Position numbers and translations under genes: made by a program
In this document: piece by piece, positions 56,347-64,000 of the stretch
Layout: each line of letters starts with the position of its first letter
How positions within the stretch are numbered: position 1 is the stretch's first letter
The notes under the pieces: model-generated
Database searches by the model: none
What the model was told of the DNA's origin: nothing
Seen by the model: the letters and a program-made list of their open reading frames with translations, nothing else
Virus record (IMG/VR): IMGVR_UViG_3300036800_000376
Strand: one strand, 5' to 3'
Origin: an uncultured virus (IMG/VR IMGVR_UViG_3300036800_000376)
Lineage: Duplodnaviria > Heunggongvirae > Uroviricota > Caudoviricetes
DNA length: 64,000 nt

Positions 56347-56631
56347 GCGGCGAGCAGGCCGTGGTGCTGTGCATCCGCGACCCCGATTGGGAGAACGAGT
56401 ATGTGGTCGACGGCGACGTCCGGATGATCGACATTGACCTGGGCTCGTCTTTCAACGGGCCCAAGTACTTCAACGTCGACCTGGACGATGCCGCGCAGCG
56501 AGACTGGCTCGAACGTGTGCGCGGCGAGGTCGCCGACCTTGCCCGAGAGCAGCGCAGTCCGCAAGTGCGTCGAGGAGCTTTGCGCCGGTCTTGATAGGGG
56601 TGACTACTGGTGTACGCAATCCTCAAAGTAG
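56343..56631 (+). pseudogene. hypothetical gene with probable frameshift near 56540
   Basis: Paralog of the C-terminal half of 56906-57430; the LPESSAVRKCVEEL tail is in another frame. Confidence 0.5.
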
Positions 56632-56867
56632 CGATCGGCCGCAAGCCGATCCGGCGGTATCCGGTGGGCCCCGCGGGGATATACGACGAGATCGTCAAAC
56701 GGCTACCGGGTCGACGTCGAGGGCCACCCGAGCGACGATCTACCTCGATGCACAGAATGGGTCCGGCAGCTATCGCGATCCGGCCGAGCATCACCGTCGA
56801 GAAGCGGGGCGGCCAGTGGAGAGTGTTCGCGCGGCGGGAACTCCCCGCAGACACAAGTAGCGGCGCC

Positions 56868-56906
56868 GGGGGGTGAAAACCGGCCGCCCGCGGCCTCTAA
56901 GAGATA
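56868..56906 (+). promoter_or_regulatory. promoter motif copy 13
   Basis: GGGGGGTGAA-N17-CTCTAA-GAGAT-ATG. Confidence 0.75.
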
Positions 56907-57430
56907 TGAACGAACGAACGAACACTGACCGCGCGCAGCGCGCGCTCGAGACCCTGGCATCGCAGGAGTACGACGAGGGCCTCGGTCTCACTAACGACCC
57001 TGACATGGCGCATCAGGCGGTGAAAGATCTCCTCGGGGATCTCCGCCACTTCTGCGACCGCGCAGGGGTGGACTACGCAGCCGCTGACCGTAGCGGCTAC
57101 CGCACCTACCGCGAAGAGCGTGCGGAGGACCCGGCCGGGTCCGGCGTGCTGAGCACACCCGAGGCTGGACCAGGGCCTGTGGTTGTGATCGTCCGTCATC
57201 CCGATCACGCGAACACAGTCGAGGCGTTCCCCGGTGACGGGATGCCGGTCGTCCTCGACGTCGATCTCGGATCCGGGTTCGACGGAACCGCTGAGAGCGT
57301 CGAGAAGTTCCACGAGTGGCTCGCGGGAATGGAGCAGACCTACCGTGACAGTGGGTTGCCTGTCTCTCACCCCGCGTTCGCGGCGTTCATGGAAGCTGTC
57401 GAGTCCGCCGACCCGACCCTCCCGGCATGA
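56906..57430 (+). CDS. hypothetical protein (DLL.DL.H.C...Y.EE), probably leaderless
   Basis: ATG 33 nt after the motif. Confidence 0.65.
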   Translation: MNERTNTDRAQRALETLASQEYDEGLGLTNDPDMAHQAVKDLLGDLRHFCDRAGVDYAAADRSGYRTYREERAEDPAGSGVLSTPEAGPGPVVVIVRHPDHANTVEAFPGDGMPVVLDVDLGSGFDGTAESVEKFHEWLAGMEQTYRDSGLPVSHPAFAAFMEAVESADPTLPA

Positions 57431-57807
57431 ACCCGCCCGACGTTCTCGAAGGTGGCCGCTGGCCGCTGGATTGGCGCTCGCTCTACCCGCGTGAGCGGTG
57501 GCTGTGGTGGGAGCAGCTGTGGATGGACGTGTGCGCGCTCCGCGACCGCTACCGGCTACCGGTCCGCTCGGACTGGTGGGAGGACTCGATACAGGTTGAG
57601 GCGCTCGCCGCCTGGACCGACCGCTACGACACTGGCGAGTGGGACGACCCACCCGGGAAGCTCGCGCTGCTCTACGAGCTCGAACGTGTCGCCGCGCTGT
57701 TGCGCGAAGGCAGCGAACCGTTTCATCCAAGCCGTGATCGCGAGGCGTTCCTCGCGCACGTGGACGCAACCGGCGCTCAGCGCCCCACCGGACGGGAGAC
57801 GTCGTAG
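57427..57807 (+). CDS. Trp-rich hypothetical protein
   Basis: ATGA coupling; W..L..V..LR.RY.L...WW. Confidence 0.6.
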   Translation: MNPPDVLEGGRWPLDWRSLYPRERWLWWEQLWMDVCALRDRYRLPVRSDWWEDSIQVEALAAWTDRYDTGEWDDPPGKLALLYELERVAALLREGSEPFHPSRDREAFLAHVDATGAQRPTGRETS

Positions 57808-57856
57808 GATCGTAATTACCCTCGACGTCCAACGAGAACCCTTGGAGAGAATCGAC

Positions 57857-58258
57857 TTGATCGACCGCATCCGCCAGGACATCCAGCACCGGCTCGACCA
57901 GCTGCTCGCCGAAGCGGAGAAGCTCCGCGCCGCGCTCAGCGCGCTCAGCGAGCGCGGCCGTCCTACACCAGCCGCGAGAGCGCGCCCGACATCGCCGGCG
58001 CCGGCGGCCGCGCGTCGGTCGCCGCGGCGTGCAGCTCCGGCGCGCGCGCGGTCCCAAAACGGCGCGGGGTCTCGTACCCGACCCGGGGAGACCAAGAGCA
58101 AGGTGCTCGCCGCGCTCGCCGGCGGTGAGGCGATGACAGCGGGCGACGTCGCCAAGGCCTCCGGGCTTACGCGCGGCACGGTCAGCACCACGCTGTCAAA
58201 GCTCACTAAGACCGGTGAGGTCGCGAAAGCCGACCGCGGCTACAAGCTTCCAGGCTAG
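57857..58258 (+). CDS. coiled-coil, basic linker and winged-helix DNA-binding protein
   Basis: GGAGA then TTG; MTAGDVAKASGLTRGTVSTTLSKLTKTGEV. Confidence 0.7.
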   Translation: MIDRIRQDIQHRLDQLLAEAEKLRAALSALSERGRPTPAARARPTSPAPAAARRSPRRAAPARARSQNGAGSRTRPGETKSKVLAALAGGEAMTAGDVAKASGLTRGTVSTTLSKLTKTGEVAKADRGYKLPG

Positions 58259-58386
58259 CGCCGACCGCAGCCGTGCCGGCGGGAGCCAGCCACGCCCAAG
58301 GTTTTACCGTCGCGAGCGGTCACGTCGTGACCGCGGGCGAGGTAGCCACACCCACGGGCTGCGGACCGCGGCTATCGGCTTGCGGG

Positions 58387-58656
58387 TTAGTGCCGGTCGC
58401 GCTTGCTGCCTGAGCGCCACGCGATCAGGTCGTAGACCGCTTTGCGCGTGCGGAGGCCCACGAGCTGGCTGATCTCGGTGACCGGGAGGATCCCCTTGGC
58501 GCGGATCGCGAGATCGGCGATCTCCTCGTCGGCTCGCTCCTGTTCGGCGATCGCGGCGGCGCGGCGATCGCCGGCGGCGCGGAGCCGCGCGCGTAGCTCC
58601 TCGAGCGCGTCCCGCACCGGATCACTCTCGGTGGTGGTGGCGGCGGGCCTAGGCAT
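58387..58656 (-). CDS. small HTH-like protein
   Basis: LPVTEISQLVGL.TRKAVYDLI. Confidence 0.6.
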   Translation of the reverse strand: MPRPAATTTESDPVRDALEELRARLRAAGDRRAAAIAEQERADEEIADLAIRAKGILPVTEISQLVGLRTRKAVYDLIAWRSGSKRDRH

Positions 58657-58906
58657 TGATCGTCACCGCGGCGCGGTGGGGAATCGGGAAGGTGATCTTC
58701 AGCTGCGCGCCGAGCGCATCGGCGAGATGCGCGAGCTGCCCGATGGTGAGGTTGTCGGTCCCCGACTCGATGCGTGCGACGTATGAGCGTCCGACGCCGA
58801 GGCGCTGCGCGAGTTGCTTCTGGGTGAGCTTCGCCTCGCGGCGTGCGTAGGCGAGCTCGTGGCCTACTGCCTTGGCGTGCACCTCTGAGGTGCGGGTGTG
58901 CTTCAT
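58649..58906 (-). CDS. XRE-family HTH regulator
   Basis: ARREAKLTQKQLAQRLGVGRSYVARIESG..NLTI..L..LA.ALG. Confidence 0.88.
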   Translation of the reverse strand: MKHTRTSEVHAKAVGHELAYARREAKLTQKQLAQRLGVGRSYVARIESGTDNLTIGQLAHLADALGAQLKITFPIPHRAAVTINA

Positions 58907-59277
58907 TACAGCGCCGCCTCTCGCACGGGGATGGTGATGTCGGGGCGGCGCGATCGCCGCGGCGGCGGGTTGGGGTCGCTGTCGGCCGTGATGACGGGCA
59001 CGAGCTGCCCGGTGCGATAGGCGGTGCGCAGGTTTCGCGCCCACCGCTCGGGATCGTCTTGGTAGCGCACGCGCTCGCCGGCGTGCTCGTCGAGGACCGC
59101 GACGTCGAGTGCGAACAGCTCGCGGCGACCGGTGAACTCGGCGTGCCCGTCTTGTATGCGGATGCTCGCGACGGTCTCGTAGGCGCGGTCGCCTGTCGGG
59201 GTTCGCAGCTCCACCGCGATCATCGCTGTGGTCTTCCTCTCACGGTAGGTTATCTGTTGGATAACACTAGCAGGCAT
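58906..59277 (-). CDS. hypothetical protein
   Basis: TGATG and TAATG coupling; DPERWARNL..AYR. Confidence 0.6.
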   Translation of the reverse strand: MPASVIQQITYRERKTTAMIAVELRTPTGDRAYETVASIRIQDGHAEFTGRRELFALDVAVLDEHAGERVRYQDDPERWARNLRTAYRTGQLVPVITADSDPNPPPRRSRRPDITIPVREAAL

Positions 59278-60017
59278 CAGAAATGCCCCTGTCGCAGGAT
59301 CTGGTTGGTGGCGGTCATCCTCCGCGCGCGATCAGTGAGAGCGTCCGCGCGGTCGGGGAGAAGGATCGCGCGCAGCCCGAGCAGATCGGTGCTGGCGAGT
59401 AGGCGTCCCAGCGCGCCCCTCTCCCACTCTGTGAGAGTGGGCTCGCCGTTCTCGTGACGCCACTGCACGAGATATGAGTGATTGAGCAGGTCGCCTGGCC
59501 GTGCGAACGTGTAGCCATGATCGATGAGCCCGAGCGAGTCCAGGTCGGTCAGGAAGTTCCCCGCGTGACGGTCCTGCTGGGCGATGAGCGAGTCGAAGAA
59601 CGCGGCCGGGGTCGCCTTGTCGGCGATGCTGCCCAGCGCGATGTTCCACGGCTCGCCGAACATGTGACGGCTCAGCGATCCGGGCTCGTCGTGGATGGTG
59701 CGCAGCACGCAGACGCACACGAGTTGGCTGACCGGCTCGCCGAGCGCGGCCGCGAGGCGCCACGCGGCTGCCTCGTTGATCGGGATCTGGTCTGGGTCCT
59801 CGTGCCCGTAGCTCGCGGCGATCCTGACGTGAACCCCCTCGAACGTCTTGTGATAGGCGGTTGTGCCGGACTCAAGTTCGACGCGGTAGCAGCCGTTCGT
59901 GCTCTCATCGTCGGTCTCGTCCTGGCGCCAGATAACCGGCGAGCTGAGTAGATCGTCCTCTACGGGGGTGGTGCCCTGTTGGGCGACGATTGCGTCTACC
60001 TGGGATTGCAACGTCAT
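59277..60017 (-). CDS. PI3/4-kinase-like (HipA-like) protein kinase
   Basis: AYHK, NEAAAW.LA, FD.LI.Q.DRHAGNFL, LIDHGYTF. Confidence 0.75.
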   Translation of the reverse strand: MTLQSQVDAIVAQQGTTPVEDDLLSSPVIWRQDETDDESTNGCYRVELESGTTAYHKTFEGVHVRIAASYGHEDPDQIPINEAAAWRLAAALGEPVSQLVCVCVLRTIHDEPGSLSRHMFGEPWNIALGSIADKATPAAFFDSLIAQQDRHAGNFLTDLDSLGLIDHGYTFARPGDLLNHSYLVQWRHENGEPTLTEWERGALGRLLASTDLLGLRAILLPDRADALTDRARRMTATNQILRQGHF

Positions 60018-60023
60018 AGCATG

Positions 60024-60052
60024 AGTGTACAGCAGCTAACCATTCTTGTCTA
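60024..60052 (-). promoter_or_regulatory. sigma70-type leaderless promoter of the kinase operon
   Basis: TAGACA-N17-TACACT, with ATG just downstream. Confidence 0.55.
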
Positions 60053-60078
60053 GCGGCAAAACAAATTTGCCTTAGCCC

Positions 60079-60106
60079 TTGCAAGCGCTGTGCCCTTGTG
60101 TATACT
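60079..60106 (+). promoter_or_regulatory. sigma70-type promoter of the sigma-factor gene
   Basis: TTGCAA-N16-TATACT with TGTG before the -10. Confidence 0.6.
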
Positions 60107-60113
60107 AAAGGGC

Positions 60114-60686
60114 ATGAGGACGAACGCGACCACCGGAGGCCAGCCCATGAAGTCCCGCAACGAGCAGATCAGCACCCTGTACCGCGACCACCAGATGACC
60201 GTGCAGCGCCGCGTTCAGCGCCACGTCAACGCTCCCGTCGCGACCATCGAGGATGCCTGCTCATGGGCGTGGACCCAGCTCATCACCCACCCCGCAGCGC
60301 CCCTCGGCGACGAGCACCAGGCGCTCGCCTGGCTGACCACCGTCGCCATCCGCCAGGCATGGAAGCTCGCCCGGCGCGAGACTCGCGCGCGCTCCTTCGA
60401 TGAGTTCCCCACCACCGACGACGGCACCGTCCTCGATCTCCTCCCCGCCCCTGAGAACGTCGAGCAGACGGTCCTCGGGCGCGACCGCCTCCGCGCGCTC
60501 AAGGCACTTACCGACCGTAACCTGCCCGCGCTGACCGAGCGTCAACGCCTGCTGCTCGTCCTCCAGGCGGCCGGTTACACCTACGACGAGATCGTGGCGA
60601 TCACGGGCATGACACGCCGCACCGTCGAGCGCCAGCTCCTCCGCGCGAGCGAGCGCGCCAACGAGCACGACCCCACACGAACCTAA
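60114..60686 (+). CDS. ECF-type sigma-70 factor (alternative start 60147)
   Basis: Region 2 LYRDH...IEDACS.AW...AWL.TVA.R.AW; region 4 LTERQR.LL.L...GYTYDEI..ITG.TRRTVERQL.RA. Confidence 0.85.
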   Translation: MRTNATTGGQPMKSRNEQISTLYRDHQMTVQRRVQRHVNAPVATIEDACSWAWTQLITHPAAPLGDEHQALAWLTTVAIRQAWKLARRETRARSFDEFPTTDDGTVLDLLPAPENVEQTVLGRDRLRALKALTDRNLPALTERQRLLLVLQAAGYTYDEIVAITGMTRRTVERQLLRASERANEHDPTRT

Positions 60687-60687
60687 A

Positions 60688-60728
60688 GGGGGGGCGAAAG
60701 TGCCGTTCTGAAAGGCTTAGGACAATCA
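60688..60728 (+). promoter_or_regulatory. promoter motif copy 14 (degenerate)
   Basis: GGGGGGGCGAA...GCTTAGGACAATC-ATG, 34 nt. Confidence 0.5.
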
Positions 60729-61786
60729 TGAACCCCACCCCCTCTCTCGCCGCCTGGTGCACGACCGACGTCGAGCGCTACCGCCAGAAGCACGAACAAG
60801 ACCCCGCCCTGCAGAACCTCGACCCGCTCGAGCTACCCAACCGCCTGAGCGAGCTCGCCACCCGATTCGCCGCGCTGCTCAACAGCGAGTCAACCGCAGA
60901 CGCGTTCCTCGACATCGCCGGCGAGACGCTCGCGATCGCGACCATGGCCTCCATGCACTACGCCGGTTTCGCGCAAGTCAACCCGCGCCGCGAGCTCGAC
61001 AAGCGCCTCGAGTTCGCGATCCGCGAAGCCGACGAGAGCGAGCGCCACGGCGAACCAATCACCGCCAGCGCCAGCGACACGTTCCCGAGCTTCACCGCAC
61101 TCGCCAGCGTGCTCCTCGCGGACCTCGCGCACCCCGGCCGGCTCGAGGACCCCGCCCAACCGCTTCGAGACCTCCAGCGGTGGTGCGCACAACTCGCTGT
61201 GCTCGCGATCGCGATCGCGCGCGACATCCACGACCCCCCCGAAGTGGGCGTCCCCGACGAACTGCTCGACACGCTCGCCGAGATCGCCTCCGAGATCCGC
61301 ACCTACGGCACGTCACGTCGCGGGGATCTCGATCAGCGCGGGAGCCCGGTCGCGAGCCTCCTCATCTCCATCCAGCCGAACCTCGACACGCTCCACCAGC
61401 ACGCACGCACCACCCCCGGGCCGCTCCGCGACGCGATCCTCCTCGAGTCACGCTCGAGCTGGATCCGCGCCGCCGCCGACTGGGCCCACCTCGCCCACAA
61501 CCTCGAGCGCGCCGCCGGCGCGGAGGATCGCGATCCTCTCGACACCGCCGCCGGCCAGGCCGCCAAGCGTATTGTCGCGGGCCGGCTCACCAGCGACCCC
61601 GCCCGCGTCGACCTCGAGGAGCTCTGGGACCAGCAGACCCTACGTCTCGCGCTCCTCGCCAACACCCACCTAGCCATCCCACAACCCAAAGACGCCCCCG
61701 TCCGCGCCGGGAGTACCGAAGCGATCGAGCAGCTCGCGGCGCTCCTCATTGGGCTATGGGCGATCAACGCCACGGTGCTGTCATGA
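60728..61786 (+). CDS. all-alpha hypothetical protein
   Basis: 352-aa ORF with strong GC3 bias. Confidence 0.65.
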   Translation: MNPTPSLAAWCTTDVERYRQKHEQDPALQNLDPLELPNRLSELATRFAALLNSESTADAFLDIAGETLAIATMASMHYAGFAQVNPRRELDKRLEFAIREADESERHGEPITASASDTFPSFTALASVLLADLAHPGRLEDPAQPLRDLQRWCAQLAVLAIAIARDIHDPPEVGVPDELLDTLAEIASEIRTYGTSRRGDLDQRGSPVASLLISIQPNLDTLHQHARTTPGPLRDAILLESRSSWIRAAADWAHLAHNLERAAGAEDRDPLDTAAGQAAKRIVAGRLTSDPARVDLEELWDQQTLRLALLANTHLAIPQPKDAPVRAGSTEAIEQLAALLIGLWAINATVLS

Positions 61787-62064
61787 GCGCAGACCGACAC
61801 AGCGAGTCTCAGCGCGCGGCGACACGCGCACGGAAGGCGATCGCCGACGCCGGCGGGCTCGTCACCCCGCAGGAGATCGCGCGCGAATGGGGACTCACTC
61901 CACAAGCCCTCGCCGATCGCATCAACCGCGGTACGTTCCCACCCCCGGTCAAGATCGCCGGCCGCGTACGGCTATACCTCCGCGCCGACCTCGAGCCATA
62001 TCGCGAAGCCACGACCGCCGCCGGCGCCGCGACCGCCGCCGCGATCAAAGCCCGACGCTCCTGA
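61783..62064 (+). CDS. AlpA/excisionase-like HTH protein
   Basis: LVTPQEIAREWGLT...INRGTFPPPVKIAGRVRLYLRADL. Confidence 0.75.
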   Translation: MSADRHSESQRAATRARKAIADAGGLVTPQEIAREWGLTPQALADRINRGTFPPPVKIAGRVRLYLRADLEPYREATTAAGAATAAAIKARRS

Positions 62065-62129
62065 CCATCACACGAGCGACTTGCAATCTCGTCCGAGTAT
62101 GTCGTCCCACCCTGCTACGGTGGGATGGC

Positions 62130-62447
62130 ATGCCTAACGAGAGCGTTCTGCGCGAGACCACGATCCCGGCCAACACTGTCCGCGTTCCCGAGCCCGAGCC
62201 CGGCACCGCGGCGGTCATCCGCCGCTACCAGGAGGACCGCGCCGTCGTACTTCACCCAGCCGACTACGCGCAACTCGTACAGGACAGCAAGCTCATCGCC
62301 TCCCTTGGCCGCCTCGACTCGCTCCCGACGTCCACCCCGCTCGAGCGCAAGGTCATAGCGTCGGTCGAGACTCCCGGCGCCGAGAGTCCGGTCCTGGAGG
62401 ATCACGACGCGCTCACCGCATGGCTCGCGCTGGGCGAGGAGCAGTAG
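62130..62447 (+). CDS. putative antitoxin (Phd-like motif)
   Basis: AVIRRY..DRAVVLHPADYAQL; overlaps the toxin-like gene. Confidence 0.5.
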   Translation: MPNESVLRETTIPANTVRVPEPEPGTAAVIRRYQEDRAVVLHPADYAQLVQDSKLIASLGRLDSLPTSTPLERKVIASVETPGAESPVLEDHDALTAWLALGEEQ

Positions 62448-62980
62448 TCGGCCGCGCCTTCTGGGCGCTCGCTCCGTTCATCCCCGCCGCACCGTTCCGA
62501 CTCCACGCCGGCGCTGACCACCCCCCGATCACCGTCCCACAGGTGAGCACGCTGCGACGAGCCGCCCAACGCGGTGGCGACGTCGAGCTCACAGTACTCA
62601 CCACAGCGAAGCTACGACCGGTGCTCGTGATCGCAGAGGCCTCGGACCCGTTCGACGGTCCAGCGGTTCTCGCGCTCCGTCTGCGACGCTTCTCCAAGCT
62701 CACCGACGACGAGCAGGGCACCGTCCGCCAGGGCAAAGCCGAGAAGCTCTTCTACCTGCGCCCCGACCGGTTTCCTGGGCTCACCGAGGAGAACGCCGCG
62801 GTGTTGCCGACTCTCATTCGCGTCGCACCCAACGCGCTCGATGAAACCAGCGACCTTGGAGGTCTCGACGAGAACGAGCTACGCGTCATACACGAGCGGA
62901 TCGTCCGCTACTTCGGTCTCGACCTAACCGTTCTCGTCCGCCAGCTCCTGGAGAACCGGCTCCGCGACGTCCGCCACTAA
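62420..62980 (+). CDS. PemK/MazF-like toxin (start uncertain)
   Basis: KLRPVLVI...VLAL; ENAAVL..L.RV...LG.LDENEL..I.ERI..YFGL. Confidence 0.55.
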   Translation: MARAGRGAVVGRAFWALAPFIPAAPFRLHAGADHPPITVPQVSTLRRAAQRGGDVELTVLTTAKLRPVLVIAEASDPFDGPAVLALRLRRFSKLTDDEQGTVRQGKAEKLFYLRPDRFPGLTEENAAVLPTLIRVAPNALDETSDLGGLDENELRVIHERIVRYFGLDLTVLVRQLLENRLRDVRH

Positions 62981-63023
62981 GCAGGGATCCGTGACATCAA
63001 GCAAGCCGCCCCTTGTCAGATGG

Positions 63024-63515
63024 TTAGGTGGTCGCCCACCGCGCGCGCATCGGCGTGTTCTCGATGCGATCCACTAGCGCGTACAGCGATACCGGGTCCA
63101 GGTCCCGCAGGCGGGCGACCAGCGCGTCGGGGTCTTCCACCGCGGCCGCGAGCTCGGGGTTGCGCAGCGCGTCGGCGACTTCGGCCCAGAGGAGACGGGG
63201 AATGCTCAGGGGGGCGCTGCCCTGGTGAGTAGACCAGGCGATCTTGCTGATCACGTTGATCTCCTCGTCGGTGAAGGGCAACGGATTCGTCTCGTGAACG
63301 AGGTCGAGCAGCTGGTAGTAGCGGGCAGCATCGCGCTTCAGGATCAGCGATGGGCTGAGACCACAATCGAGACGCTTCGCGACCCATTCCGCGAGCGGAT
63401 CCCCGATCCGGAACTGAGCCAAATCGCGCGGCGTGACCTCCGGCACAGCGTGCGCATCCGCGCCCGTGCCAACGTGCGTATCGTCGTGCACATCCTTGAG
63501 GCTAGAGGGGGTCAT
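63024..63515 (-). CDS. hypothetical protein
   Basis: RD..RYY.LL...FT.EE...L..RL..L...YALVDRIE. Confidence 0.6.
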   Translation of the reverse strand: MTPSSLKDVHDDTHVGTGADAHAVPEVTPRDLAQFRIGDPLAEWVAKRLDCGLSPSLILKRDAARYYQLLDLVHETNPLPFTDEEINVISKIAWSTHQGSAPLSIPRLLWAEVADALRNPELAAAVEDPDALVARLRDLDPVSLYALVDRIENTPMRARWATT

Positions 63516-64000
63516 ACTCTCAACGGCTCCTATGTGATTTGAAAAGGTTGTTAGACAAGCGTTTTCGACGGTCTTACCGCGAGTCCTTAGTCTACACGCT
63601 TCCCGAAGATCCACCCGCGAAGCATCCCGCCCCTCCCCCGGTCTTTGCAGCCGCCCGTCGGACAGACTACGCGCCGGTCCTGACGCCGGGGGAAGCGCTC
63701 TCCGAGCCGGTCGCGCAGCCACTCGAGGCGGCGCGTCGTTCCAGCCACGCGCCGCGGTCGACTTGTCCGATTGCGACGATGTTCCCTGCTGCCTGCTGGT
63801 CCGGTGGTCCGAGGCGCGCGGGAGCATTACGCCGTGAACTCTCGGTTTGTCCTCGTCGCGGTACTCCTACTCGCGGTGGCAGGCGGATTCGCCTGGCTGG
63901 GCTACGTCCTCGGCACCGGCCGCTCGTCGGTCGATCGTGAAGACGCTCACGATCCCGGGGTCGTCGAGCCCGAGCTCTCGGCCCAGGACGCGTTAGCTGA

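Noticed and set aside
45372..56906. The repeated G-run/GTGAA motif as a CRISPR array or attC sites
   Set aside because: Copies are irregularly spaced on both strands with unconserved interiors, lack consistent palindromy, and no cas or integron integrase gene is present
63540..64000. CDS or att site at the right edge
   Set aside because: No convincing ORF, tRNA or repeat can be seen within the window
1..64000. tRNA/rRNA genes, integrase, phage structural genes
   Set aside because: None recognised by eye; tRNAscan-SE, Infernal and HMM searches would be needed to exclude them formally

Overview
GC-rich (about 70%) actinobacterial DNA, probably Thermoleophilia/Solirubrobacterales judging by the mIHF and small-protein families (inference). 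The whole window looks like one large mobile element (plasmid, ICE or prophage-like). It has no housekeeping, rRNA, tRNA, CRISPR or virion structural genes. Left end: an FtsK/TraB-like ATPase, ArdC, a GHKL ATPase carrying HExxH, WYL, HNH and a Mom-like DNA modifier. From 10 to 36.5 kb is a tightly coupled minus-strand block: SNF2 helicase, UDG, DnaC-like ATPase, tandem DnaA domain IV protein, DUF5131, ASCH, SF2 helicase, two mIHF-like proteins, HerA-like ATPase and Bet. An IS110/IS1111-type element interrupts this block, and its guide motifs are readable in the sequence. At 36.6-38.7 kb a compact exonuclease-less family-B-like polymerase is coupled to a Pro-rich partner. From 44.6 to 58.3 kb is a divergent array of small genes. 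The strongest unexplained signal is a motif found 14 times, G-run-GTGAA-N17-CTCTAA-like-N5-ATG, with a fixed 33-34 nt spacing to start codons. It probably marks a leaderless regulon of the sigma factor encoded at 60114-60686. Several genes are decayed by deletion or frameshift. Family assignments come from motif recognition by eye, not from database searches.
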